Source of the DNA: Candidatus Lustribacter sp.
GTDB lineage: Bacteria > Vulcanimicrobiota > Vulcanimicrobiia > Vulcanimicrobiales > Vulcanimicrobiaceae
Direction: 5' to 3'
NCBI GenBank assembly: GCA_965277805.1
Contig: OZ255842.1
Location: 1,184,001-1,248,000 of the forward strand
DNA: 64,000 nucleotides
The notes below the pieces were generated by a model. That model saw only the letters and a program-made list of their open reading frames with translations, was not told the origin of the DNA and did no database searches. Shown here in pieces: positions 29,819 to 38,833 of the stretch (positions are counted from its first letter, which is position 1; the number at the start of each line of letters is the position of its first letter). The position numbers and the translations under genes were made by a program.

Positions 29819-31282
29819 ATGGCACGAACGACGGCTACTCGGAGCGCCGGCCCGCAACCCAGCCGCCCTCCGACACGGGTGAAATCGCCGGCCTTCGGCG
29901 ACCCGCAGCCGACGGCGGATCCAACCAAGTTCGTCGTTAAGCACCCGTCGGACGGTCCATATTACGACGAAATCGACGCCTTCAATAAAAAACACGGTCT
30001 TCACCCGATCCCGTTTCCAGCACCGCGCGGCGGTGTGGAACCGATCCTCACGCTCGAGGCGGTATTAGGCAATAACGCCGCCGCGATTGCCGCGATCAAA
30101 GCGAACAATCAAATCGTTTTCCACTCCACCGGCGACTGCGGCAGCATTCGAGGACCGAAAACGGAGAACTTGGTTGTCGACAAGATGCTGGCCGATTTCA
30201 ATGAAACGCGCAACAGCGAGGTTCCGCAATTCCATCTGCTGCTCGGTGACATCGTCTACAGCTTCGGCGAGGTGAAGTACTACTACGACCAGTTCTATGA
30301 GCCGTACCGGGATTACCCAGCGCCGATTCTCGCGGCCGCCGGCAATCACGACGGCATGGCCGCTCCCGATACGCATGAAGCGAGTCTCGACGGCTTCAAC
30401 CGCAACTTCTGTGCCGAAGACTTCGAGGTTATGCCGGAGGCGGGCGGCCTCTCGAGAACCGCGCAGATCCAACCCGGCGTGTTTTTCACCTTCGACGCGC
30501 CGTTCGTGACCATCATCGTCCTCTACAGCAATGCTCTTGAAGACCCTGGCGTCATCGCGAGTCCGGAGATCGGTGAATCACAACTTGCGTTCTTGCGCGC
30601 CGCGCTCACCCGGCTGAAGGCGGCCAACTATCCGGGTGCGATTTTGCTCGCGCACCATCATCCGCCGTATACGCTCGCCAAACACGGCTGGAGCATCGAC
30701 ATGCAGACGGCGATCGACGGCGTTTGCGCGGAAGTCGGTCTCTGGCCGCACGCCGACCTCGCCGGGCACGCGCACAACTATCAACGCTTTACGCGCCATC
30801 GCAACGACGGCACGGAGATCCCTTACGTCGTCTGCGGAAACGGCGGTCACAACGTGGAGCGCCTAAGCAAGACGAACGGCGCGACGATTCGCGCCCCGCA
30901 AATTATTCAGGAAGCATCGAACGACGATCAGCTCGCGTCTCCGCTGCGCGATCAGGTCGTCTTCGAGAACTACGATGACGGCGACTACGGGTACTTGCGA
31001 ATCATCGTCGACCAAAACCAATTGCGTATCGAATATCATCCCTCGAGCGACGGGTCAGCGGCGAAGACGCCCGACGATTTCGTGACCATCGACCTGAAAA
31101 CGCGGCAGCGCGTGAACTACAGCGCGCCGGTACTCGGCCGGCCCCAAGATGCCCGCGACGTCGCCGCCGTGGCGGCACAAGCGAGGAGTGCCGCCGCACC
31201 GGCGAACGCCGCCAAAAAAGCGAGCAGCCGGCAAGTCGTCAAGAAAAAAGCGACGCGGAAGTCGACCCGCAAAAAGCGGTGA
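29819..31282 (+). CDS. Metallophosphoesterase with Lys-rich C-terminal tail
   Basis: GDCG, GDIVY, GNHD, HHPP, GHAHNY. Confidence 0.88.
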   Translation: MARTTATRSAGPQPSRPPTRVKSPAFGDPQPTADPTKFVVKHPSDGPYYDEIDAFNKKHGLHPIPFPAPRGGVEPILTLEAVLGNNAAAIAAIKANNQIVFHSTGDCGSIRGPKTENLVVDKMLADFNETRNSEVPQFHLLLGDIVYSFGEVKYYYDQFYEPYRDYPAPILAAAGNHDGMAAPDTHEASLDGFNRNFCAEDFEVMPEAGGLSRTAQIQPGVFFTFDAPFVTIIVLYSNALEDPGVIASPEIGESQLAFLRAALTRLKAANYPGAILLAHHHPPYTLAKHGWSIDMQTAIDGVCAEVGLWPHADLAGHAHNYQRFTRHRNDGTEIPYVVCGNGGHNVERLSKTNGATIRAPQIIQEASNDDQLASPLRDQVVFENYDDGDYGYLRIIVDQNQLRIEYHPSSDGSAAKTPDDFVTIDLKTRQRVNYSAPVLGRPQDARDVAAVAAQARSAAAPANAAKKASSRQVVKKKATRKSTRKKR

Positions 31283-31301
31283 TCGACTTCCGAGGCCCGT
31301 C

Positions 31302-32117
31302 TTACTGCTTGCGTTGATGCAGCGTGAGGATATTTCCCTCGCTGTCGTTGATCATGGCCATCGTGCAGTTCGGCGTTTCGGTTTGGTAGAGGACCGCTAG
31401 ACCGCGGGCAGCGACCGTCGCGAGCGCTGCCGTCAGATCGTCGACGGCGAACAGGATGCCGTTGTTGGGCTGAAACGGCATGACCTTGCCGCCGCCGCCC
31501 CAGAGGCCGAACGTCGAGCCGTCGGGCAACTCGAACTCACCGCCGCGCCCTTCGGGATAGATCATCGACGGTTCGAGACCGAAGAGATCGCGGTAGAACG
31601 CGATCGCACGGTCGGCATCCTTGCACATATAGCCGTTGAGATCGATGCCGCGAATCGCGAGTGGGGGCTTCGCCAGAACCTCGTCCATGCGCTCGAACGA
31701 GCCGTTCCATCCGGCGTCGTGCCGCTCGCGGCTGGCATCGTCGGCAAAGCCGGTGTGCGTGAAGAGCATCTCGGTACGATCCCCGGCGGCGCGCAATTCG
31801 ATGCTCACGCTGGTCTCGCGCTCCAACGCCGGGTCGTCCTCTTCCCACGTGAACGTAAACGCGAGGCGCTCCGGTTTGCGATATTCCGTAACCGTGCCGC
31901 GCGCGACGAACGGTTCGCCGTTCGACGCCGTCATCGCGATCCGATAGCTGCCGCCTTCGCGTGCCTCGAAGGTTGCCTCGTGCATCGTCGTGCCGGGCGG
32001 TCCGAACCAGTTGCGCAGCGACTCGCCGTTCGTCCAGGCTGCGAACACGCGCTCGCGCGGTGCGTTGAAGGTGCGGCGGATGACCAGCGTCGGCGCTGCG
32101 GTTTGCGTATTGCTCAT
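31302..32117 (-). CDS. SRPBCC(Aha1-like)-VOC fusion protein
   Basis: RTFNAPRERVFAAWT...HDAGW followed by AIAFYRDLFGL...DSEGNILTLHQ. Confidence 0.85.
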   Translation of the reverse strand: MSNTQTAAPTLVIRRTFNAPRERVFAAWTNGESLRNWFGPPGTTMHEATFEAREGGSYRIAMTASNGEPFVARGTVTEYRKPERLAFTFTWEEDDPALERETSVSIELRAAGDRTEMLFTHTGFADDASRERHDAGWNGSFERMDEVLAKPPLAIRGIDLNGYMCKDADRAIAFYRDLFGLEPSMIYPEGRGGEFELPDGSTFGLWGGGGKVMPFQPNNGILFAVDDLTAALATVAARGLAVLYQTETPNCTMAMINDSEGNILTLHQRKQ

Positions 32118-32452
32118 GATTTCGATTCACTCTCCGAAGTCAGCATGTGGTCGAGGCGGTCGAAGGAGGCGTTCCAGAAGTCTCGTTGGCGATCGAGCCA
32201 CTGCGTCGCCGGATTCAGCGCGCGCGGTGCAAGCCGCAGATGGTGCTCGCGCCCGTGAACGGTGCGCTTGACGAGGCCGCAGCGCTCGAGCACTTTCAGG
32301 TGCTTCGAGACGGCCGGGTGTGAGATGGAGAAGCCGGCCGCGATCGCGCCCGCCGTGAGTTCGCCCCGCGTCAGCCGCTCGACGATCGACCGCCGTACCG
32401 GGTCTGCAAGTGCGCCGAACACGTCATCGAGGGTCTGTGATTGTTTAACCAT
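32114..32452 (-). CDS. ArsR/SmtB regulator
   Basis: FGALADPVRR, VSKHLKVLE. Confidence 0.93.
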   Translation of the reverse strand: MVKQSQTLDDVFGALADPVRRSIVERLTRGELTAGAIAAGFSISHPAVSKHLKVLERCGLVKRTVHGREHHLRLAPRALNPATQWLDRQRDFWNASFDRLDHMLTSESESKS

Positions 32453-32489
32453 CTGGTTAAATATTAGATCAAGAAAAGAAGCGTGTCAA
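32444..32489 (-). promoter_or_regulatory. Sigma70 promoter (TTGACA-N17-TAATAT) with ArsR operator over the start codon
   Basis: -35 at 32489-32484, -10 at 32466-32461; palindrome TTTAACCA-TC-TGGTTAAA at 32444-32461. Confidence 0.8.
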
Positions 32490-34033
32490 GCGGCGCGGAC
32501 GCGGGCATGAAGGCGGCGGACGACGTCGCGGGCGGACTCCAGCGCGCCCGCTTGCCAGGCGGTGATATAGCTCATGTGCTCGCCGGCGAAATAGATCGCG
32601 CCATCGGGTTCGCTCAATACCGGGTAGTCGTTCTTACGCGTGTCGGGCGTCCAGTCGGCCCACGCGCCCATGTTGTGCGGCGTTTTCTGCCACGCGACGG
32701 AAAATGCCGAAACGAACTCATCGCCGTACTGCGGATGGATGGCCGTTCCTTGCCGCAGTGCGAGTTCGGCACGGTCGCGCGGCGCCAGATTGCCGATCGT
32801 GCGCGCGGCGGCGCCCGCCGCGTAGGCGCCGGTCAGCACACCGCCGCCGCGGCCCAAAAAGCCGTACGCCGGATACCAGATCTGCGCGATCGTTTGGTCG
32901 GTGCGCGAGATGCCGCTCATGATGCGGTCGTCCTGTTCCCAGAAGCGCCGTTTGAATGCGAGCGCGATCTTCGCCGAATCCATGTAGGCCACGCGATTCA
33001 TCGACGCGCGAACGTTTGGACTGAAGTCCGCCGGGATCGTGCGCAGCACGGGGAGCGGTATCGTGCAGATGCAGTACGCGCCTTCGATCGCCGCGCTCTC
33101 GCCGCGCGGCCCGGTATAGGTGATGCGCACGCCGCCCGGCGTCTTACGAATGGCGCTCACCGCGCACCCGTAACGCACGCGCTCGCGCAGACGGCGCGCA
33201 AACGCGTACGGCAGCGCGTCGATGCCGCCGACGGGCTGGAACATCGCCGGCTGCTGGTTGAACGAACGCTCCTCTTTCGAGAACGCGCCGAACCCGCCGC
33301 GAATCAGCGACATCAGATCGAGCGGATCCTCGGGCGTGCCGGCCGCCGGACCGGCCGCGGGTAATTCGCTGTAGCCGGCCGAGCCGTCGTTCACGTAGGC
33401 GTACGTTTTGTTCAACCCGCCGTTGTCGGCGAGGAAGTCCAGGAGCTTGGCTTTGTCTTCGCGGGTGAGCGGGGTGTCGAGCGCGCTCTGCGAGACGGCC
33501 TTCGCCAGAAGTTCCGACGTGTAGCCGGCGATCGCGTACTTGGCTTCGCGCATGCGCACGCGCTGCATTCCGGCCGGGGCTTGCGAGGAGTATTGGTACG
33601 CGTTGAGATTGACGTTCGTGAACAGCTCGATCGGCACTCCGAACTCGCGGTAGTAGTCGATCGTCACGTGGTGCTGCGGCACCCGCGCCGGGCCGGGATT
33701 GAAGTAGGCGCCCTCAGGAAACGACGCGACCTGCGAGGTGCCGTCGCTCTCGACGTGACGAGTGCCGGTGCGCACGGTCCACACGCGGCCGCCCGGCCGC
33801 TCGCGTGCTTCCAGCACGGTGCAGTCGTAGCCGGCCTTGCCCAATTCGTAGGCCGAGCACAAGCCCGCGACGCCGGCGCCGAGGATGATCACGCGCGTGC
33901 CGCGGCCCGAACCCTCGAGTGCGAGCGGCTCCGAAGCCGTGGCCGGTTCGAGCAGATCGAGCGCCGTCAGTACCGCGGTGGCCGAACCGCCGTACGCGGC
34001 GACGCGTTCGATGAATTCGCGCCGCGTTCGCAT
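32486..34033 (-). CDS. Flavin monoamine oxidase / L-amino-acid oxidase family
   Basis: TRREF Tat-like leader, GAGVAG, EARERPGGR, FAGEH. Confidence 0.92.
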   Translation of the reverse strand: MRTRREFIERVAAYGGSATAVLTALDLLEPATASEPLALEGSGRGTRVIILGAGVAGLCSAYELGKAGYDCTVLEARERPGGRVWTVRTGTRHVESDGTSQVASFPEGAYFNPGPARVPQHHVTIDYYREFGVPIELFTNVNLNAYQYSSQAPAGMQRVRMREAKYAIAGYTSELLAKAVSQSALDTPLTREDKAKLLDFLADNGGLNKTYAYVNDGSAGYSELPAAGPAAGTPEDPLDLMSLIRGGFGAFSKEERSFNQQPAMFQPVGGIDALPYAFARRLRERVRYGCAVSAIRKTPGGVRITYTGPRGESAAIEGAYCICTIPLPVLRTIPADFSPNVRASMNRVAYMDSAKIALAFKRRFWEQDDRIMSGISRTDQTIAQIWYPAYGFLGRGGGVLTGAYAAGAAARTIGNLAPRDRAELALRQGTAIHPQYGDEFVSAFSVAWQKTPHNMGAWADWTPDTRKNDYPVLSEPDGAIYFAGEHMSYITAWQAGALESARDVVRRLHARVRAA

Positions 34034-34090
34034 GACGCGATCTTGCTCTCGCGAGCGCGCCTGCCTTGGGCCATTCGGTTAAGCCGCGCG

Positions 34091-35026
34091 TTACTTCGTG
34101 TAGATTAGTTCCGCGGCGGGGAACGCGTCGAGGAGTTTATAGTGCGCCGAGAGGTCGATCGTCGGCTGGATCGCGGCCGGCGTGAGCGTTTCACCGAACT
34201 TCGCGCGGTAGCTCGCTCGTACGAGCGCCGGATCGAGCTTCGTGTACTTGGCCAAGATGTCGGCGGATTTATCGGGGTTGGCGTTCGCCCACAGCGCCGT
34301 CTCGCGCATTGCGGCTTGGAACTTGTGCAAGAGATCGGGGTGGGAGTCGGCCCACTGACGGGTGGTGAAATAGCCGGCGATCATCCAGCCGTTGCCGAGC
34401 GCGTCGTAGGCTTTGGCGAACACTTTGGAGGTCGCTTTGGCCTGCGTGATTTGCGGTTCGGCGATGAAGCTCGCATCCACGCGGTGTTCGGCCAAAGCTG
34501 CGGGCGTATCCGCCGGCGCGATCTCGACGAACTTCATCGTCGATGAATCGCCGCCGTGCTGATCGATCCACAGCGACGGCGCGTACTGGGCGATGTTCTT
34601 GAGCCCGTTCACGCCGAACGTTTTGCCGTTGAGGTCCTTGGCCGTCTTGATCGGCGAATCTTTAGGCACCATGATCACCGAGGTCGGCGCGGCGCTCGAA
34701 TAGATCGCCGAGTTCGCGACGAAGACGAACGGCAGCCCTTTCTTGTACGCCAGCTCGATCGAAACCGCATTGGAGAAGCCGATGTCGACGGCGCCCGATG
34801 CAACGGCCGCGGCGATCGCCGGACCGTTGTTGACCGGATCGATCGTCACGTCGAGGCCCTGCTTCGCGAAGAAGCCCATGTCTTTCGCGTAAAAGACCTG
34901 CGAGCCGGCATCGAACGGTATCGTCTGCAAATGGAGCGCCTGCATGGACTGCGACGCGCCCGGCATGCTGCTGCCGGCGAATACGGCCGCGAGTGCGGCC
35001 AGCGCAAGGAGGGCCTGACGCCGCAC
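34091..35026 (-). CDS. SsuA/THI5-like ABC substrate-binding protein
   Basis: MRRQALL, GFFAKQGLDV, WIDQHGGDS, QPTID. Confidence 0.88.
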   Translation of the reverse strand: MRRQALLALAALAAVFAGSSMPGASQSMQALHLQTIPFDAGSQVFYAKDMGFFAKQGLDVTIDPVNNGPAIAAAVASGAVDIGFSNAVSIELAYKKGLPFVFVANSAIYSSAAPTSVIMVPKDSPIKTAKDLNGKTFGVNGLKNIAQYAPSLWIDQHGGDSSTMKFVEIAPADTPAALAEHRVDASFIAEPQITQAKATSKVFAKAYDALGNGWMIAGYFTTRQWADSHPDLLHKFQAAMRETALWANANPDKSADILAKYTKLDPALVRASYRAKFGETLTPAAIQPTIDLSAHYKLLDAFPAAELIYTK

Positions 35027-35027
35027 G

Positions 35028-36287
35028 CTAGCGCGCGCCGATTAGCAGGATGTCTTTGCCGCCGTCAACGACCGGCACGTCGCGCGGCAGCATGAAGTCG
35101 CCGGGCCGCACTTTGTACGCCTTCGGATTGTTGGCTTCGGGCGGCTCGATGCCGTTCATCAGATTTTTCACCGTCGTCAGCAGCCGTTTGCGCAGCGCGA
35201 TGATCGCGCGATCGGAGCTGGTGAGCAGTTCGTCGCTGCGATTGGCGATCGGTCCGCGCTGGTCTTCCGAGATCGCAAGATCTTGCGCCACGATCGACTT
35301 GATGCCGGTGAACGTCTGGTGCTTCTGCTCGTCGCGATCGATCAAGTAGTCGTTGTCGAGGTTCTCCACCATGCGGTCGGTGCCCGGAATCACTTCCGGC
35401 ACGAACACGCCCGCATTGTAGTACTCGCGTTCTTTATCGGTGATCGGGCGATCGGGCGAGGCGATGACGCGGAAGAGGAACGAGTGCTCGTCATCGATCG
35501 GACAGCGGAGCTGCGCGAGAATCGGTACGCCGGGTTCGGCGGCGATCAGCGTGCAGAACGGCATCAGCCACTGGTTCACGCGCCACTGGAACGTGTCGGG
35601 GCCGGCGTTGCGCTGGGCCGAGAGCATGATGCCGTAGTCGGTGTCGAGCGTAAACCAGCGCGGGCTCTTATCGACGAACGTGTTCGGGTTCACGCGGCCG
35701 CCGCCCAGTGAGTTGCTGCCGAACGAGCTGTGCAGAAACGAAACGTGGCTCGAGTCGACGTCGCCTTCTTGCATCTGTGCGAAGTTGCCGCGCAGCTTCA
35801 CTTTGACGATGTGCCGGTGCGTCGGCGGCGCATTGAAAACTTCAGCGTCGGGGAAGGGCGGAATCTTGTCGGCCGGACCCATGTAGGCCCAGATGATGCC
35901 GCCGCGTTCGAGCGCCGGATAGGCGGTCGTATGCACCTTGTTCTTGAGCGTCGGCCCTTCGGGACAGTTGGGCAGATCGACGCAGTCGCCGTTAACGTCG
36001 AACTTCCAGCCGTGATAGACGCAGCGCAGGCCCGCTTCTTCGTTACGGCCCCAGAAGAGGTTTGCGCGCCGGTGCGGGCAGTACGCCTCGAGCAATCCGA
36101 GCTTGCCGTTCGTATCGCGGAACGCGACCAGGTTCTCACCAAGCACGTTGACGCGCACCGGCGGCGAGTCGGGTCCGCCCAACTCGTCGGCCAGCATTAC
36201 GGGCGCCCAGAAGCGGCGGTAGAGCGTGCCCATCGGCGTGCCCGGCCCGGTGCGGATGAGGAGTTCGTTGTCGGCCTTGCTCAGCAT
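35028..36287 (-). CDS. Rieske oxygenase, phthalate 4,5-dioxygenase-like
   Basis: GPGTPMG, CPHRRANLFWGRNEE, CVYHGW, DSSHVSFLH, AQD. Confidence 0.92.
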   Translation of the reverse strand: MLSKADNELLIRTGPGTPMGTLYRRFWAPVMLADELGGPDSPPVRVNVLGENLVAFRDTNGKLGLLEAYCPHRRANLFWGRNEEAGLRCVYHGWKFDVNGDCVDLPNCPEGPTLKNKVHTTAYPALERGGIIWAYMGPADKIPPFPDAEVFNAPPTHRHIVKVKLRGNFAQMQEGDVDSSHVSFLHSSFGSNSLGGGRVNPNTFVDKSPRWFTLDTDYGIMLSAQRNAGPDTFQWRVNQWLMPFCTLIAAEPGVPILAQLRCPIDDEHSFLFRVIASPDRPITDKEREYYNAGVFVPEVIPGTDRMVENLDNDYLIDRDEQKHQTFTGIKSIVAQDLAISEDQRGPIANRSDELLTSSDRAIIALRKRLLTTVKNLMNGIEPPEANNPKAYKVRPGDFMLPRDVPVVDGGKDILLIGAR

Positions 36288-36319
36288 GAGCAGGTTTTCG
36301 CTTTCGCTCAGGCGGTGGC

Positions 36320-36931
36320 CTACGGTAGGGCGTTCCCTCCGGGAGCCAGGTAAGCGAAAACCAGTTGCGTCAATTCACCAGCGAAGACCGGCGATAGCAA
36401 GTCACCGTTGCGCGCTGCCCCGTGAACGGCCCCTTCGATTGCCGACAGGGTAACGCGGGCGATGACGTCCTGATGTGCTCTGGTCGCGCCGGGCCGGTGA
36501 ATGAGCGACGCGAGTTGCTGCTGCATCGGTGCGTACGGGTTTTCCAAATCCGGCGCCGTGGTCGTGGGCGGAACCTCTTCTTCGAGCACGCGGTGCAGGG
36601 CCGGATCGATCGTGTGCGCTTCGATCATGCCCGAGACGAGACGCTTCACGCGGTCGTGAATCGTGACCAAGTCGGCGGAATGGCAAGCCGTCTCGATCGC
36701 CGCCTGGAGATCGGCGAAGTGCGCGCGTTTGATCGCCAACACGAGGGAGGCTTTGTTCGGGAAGTACTGATAGAGCGAGCCGATGCTGACGCCCGCGACG
36801 GCTGCTACTTTGTTGGTGGTGAAGCCGGCCCATCCAACCATTGCCAGAACGCGAGCAGCTGCGCTCACGATGGCGTCGACGGTTTCTTGCGAACGCGCCT
36901 GTTGCGGCACTTTTCGCATCGTTTTTCTCAT
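36320..36931 (-). CDS. TetR-family regulator
   Basis: RKVPQQARS, FTTNKVAAVAGVSIGSLYQYFPNK. Confidence 0.93.
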   Translation of the reverse strand: MRKTMRKVPQQARSQETVDAIVSAAARVLAMVGWAGFTTNKVAAVAGVSIGSLYQYFPNKASLVLAIKRAHFADLQAAIETACHSADLVTIHDRVKRLVSGMIEAHTIDPALHRVLEEEVPPTTTAPDLENPYAPMQQQLASLIHRPGATRAHQDVIARVTLSAIEGAVHGAARNGDLLSPVFAGELTQLVFAYLAPGGNALP

Positions 36932-36974
36932 CGGACGAATGCGAGTAGCCAATTCAGAACCCCTTACGTATAAT

Positions 36975-36992
36975 TGTGAGTATAAGCTCACA
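36975..36992. promoter_or_regulatory. Palindrome TGTGAG-N6-CTCACA, putative TetR operator
   Basis: Lies in AT-rich spacer between divergent tetR and oxidoreductase. Confidence 0.7.
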
Positions 36993-37006
36993 TTAGGAGT
37001 AAGGCA

Positions 37007-37969
37007 ATAAAAGCTGCAGTCGTCCGCAATTTCGGAAGCGAACCGGAGTACGGTGATTTCGAAGAACCCGTTCCGCGCGCGGACGAAGTGGTCGTCAGCG
37101 TCACCGCATGCGCGCTCAGTAATTTCACCAAAGCTCGGGCATCGGGGAAGCATCCGTCGTACACGGCGCTGCCGCCGTTCGTGGCTGGGTTCGACGGCGT
37201 CGGCCGGCTGGACGGCGGTCAGCGCGTTTACTTTTCGTTTCCCCGCGAGCCGTTCGGAGCGATGGCGCAGCGGACGGTCGTGCCGGCGTCGCAATGCATT
37301 CCCGCTCCCGGCGCAATCAGCGACGTCACGCTGGCCGCGCTGGTCGATCCCGGCTTCTCGGCTTGGGCGGCGCTCAAATCGCGCGCGTGCTTCGTTCGCG
37401 GCGAAACGGTCTTGGTCAACGGCGCGACGGGAACGGCCGGGTCGATGGCGGTGCAGATCGCAAAGCATCTCGGCGCATCGAAGGTCATCGCAACCGGGCG
37501 TAACGGTGCGGCACTCGAGCGAATCCGCGATCGGGGTGCAGACATCACAATGACGTTGACGGACGACGGCGCCGCGATGGATCGCGTACTACTCGAGGAG
37601 CAGTTCGCCGGCGGTGTCGACATCGTGCTCGATTATCTATGGGGCCCCAGCGCCGAGCAGCTCTTGCGTGCGGCTGCACGGGCACAACGTGCGCCGCTCC
37701 GCTTCGTGCAGATCGGAGCCGTCAGTTCGGAAAACCTCACGCTCGACGCCCGCGTGCTGCGCCACTCAGCGATCCGCATGCTCGGGTGCAGCGTCGCCAA
37801 CGTTTCGCCGCCGCAAATCGCCGCGGCCGTTTCGGATCTCATCGCCGCGTCGTCGGCGGCGGGTTTCGTGGTCGACACGGCGACGGTGCCGCTCGACCAG
37901 GTCGCCGGCGTCTGGTCGAAGGCCAGTGCGACGCCCCGGATCGTCTTCGCAATCGCGCCCGGCGGTTGA
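37007..37969 (+). CDS. MDR/quinone oxidoreductase-like protein, apparent ATA start
   Basis: AGGAG SD 7 nt before ATA AAA GCT GCA GTC GTC (xKAAVV); GFDGVG, NGATG, DYLWG. Confidence 0.82.
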   Translation: MKAAVVRNFGSEPEYGDFEEPVPRADEVVVSVTACALSNFTKARASGKHPSYTALPPFVAGFDGVGRLDGGQRVYFSFPREPFGAMAQRTVVPASQCIPAPGAISDVTLAALVDPGFSAWAALKSRACFVRGETVLVNGATGTAGSMAVQIAKHLGASKVIATGRNGAALERIRDRGADITMTLTDDGAAMDRVLLEEQFAGGVDIVLDYLWGPSAEQLLRAAARAQRAPLRFVQIGAVSSENLTLDARVLRHSAIRMLGCSVANVSPPQIAAAVSDLIAASSAAGFVVDTATVPLDQVAGVWSKASATPRIVFAIAPGG

Positions 37970-37985
37970 TTTACCTATGGTAAAT
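37969..37985. promoter_or_regulatory. Putative IclR operator ATTTACC-TAT-GGTAAAT
   Basis: Perfect palindrome upstream of iclR; 13/17 match at 38792-38808. Confidence 0.72.
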
Positions 37986-38002
37986 GCTGTTTACTAGACC
38001 GC

Positions 38003-38797
38003 GTGGATAGGGCGGCGCCGCGGCGCATCGGCGCGATCGAAGTCGGGTTCCGCCTCGTGCGGGTTTTGGAAGCGGCCGACGGTCCGCTGCCGCTCAAGGA
38101 TCTCTCGGAACTCGCGGGCATGCCGCCGAGTAAAGCGTACGCGTACTGCGCGAGTTTCTTGCACGAGGGGCTGCTTGCCCAGGACGCCGTCACCGGCCGC
38201 TATGGGCTCGGGCCGTTCGCGATGTCGCTCGGCGTTGCGGCGCTGCGCCAGTCGGATCTGGTCGAGGTCGCGCGGCGCGATTCGACCGCTTTAAGTGAAG
38301 CGACGACGTGTTCGGTCTTGCTCTGCACGTGGGGCAACCGCGGGCCCGCGATCGTGTACCGGGTGGACGGCAAACGCCGCGGCCCGACGTCGGTGCGCGT
38401 CGGTTACGTGCTGCCGGTCTGGCGCTCGGCCGCAGGCCGGGTGTTCCTCGCGTATCTGCCCGAACGCGATACGGCGGCGCTGCTGCATGAAGAAGAACCG
38501 GCACTCACGGCGGCCGAGCTGTCGGCGGAGATCGCGCGCATCCGCGCGGCCGGCTTTGCGCTGACGGGCGAAGGCGATGAATTTTCCGGCATCGCGGCGC
38601 CGGTGCTCGATCATGATGGAACTCTCGTCGCAGCGCTCACGTTGAGTCGCCCATACGGCGAAAACACGCGCGAACGGCGGCTCGAATTAGGCGCGGTCGT
38701 GCGTGAAGCAGCCGCCGGAATCTCGAAGCAACTCGGACACGCGACGCAGGGCTCGCTGCGCGGTCTGGGAAAAACAAACGCGACAAACCGGATTTAG
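38003..38797 (+). CDS. IclR-family regulator
   Basis: HTH, GRYGLG, SAAGRVFLA, GIAAPV. Confidence 0.93.
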   Translation: MDRAAPRRIGAIEVGFRLVRVLEAADGPLPLKDLSELAGMPPSKAYAYCASFLHEGLLAQDAVTGRYGLGPFAMSLGVAALRQSDLVEVARRDSTALSEATTCSVLLCTWGNRGPAIVYRVDGKRRGPTSVRVGYVLPVWRSAAGRVFLAYLPERDTAALLHEEEPALTAAELSAEIARIRAAGFALTGEGDEFSGIAAPVLDHDGTLVAALTLSRPYGENTRERRLELGAVVREAAAGISKQLGHATQGSLRGLGKTNATNRI

Positions 38798-38808
38798 TAA
38801 TAGTAAAT
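38792..38808. promoter_or_regulatory. Second putative IclR operator ATTTAGTAATAGTAAAT
   Basis: Upstream of ABC operon; resembles 37969-37985. Confidence 0.62.
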
Positions 38809-38833
38809 TCTTTCTTACGCGTCGGGAGGCTTT

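Noticed and set aside
36972-36992. AATTGTGAG resembling the lac operator (vector contamination)
   Set aside because: Only 9 nt match; part of a native palindrome between tetR and its target
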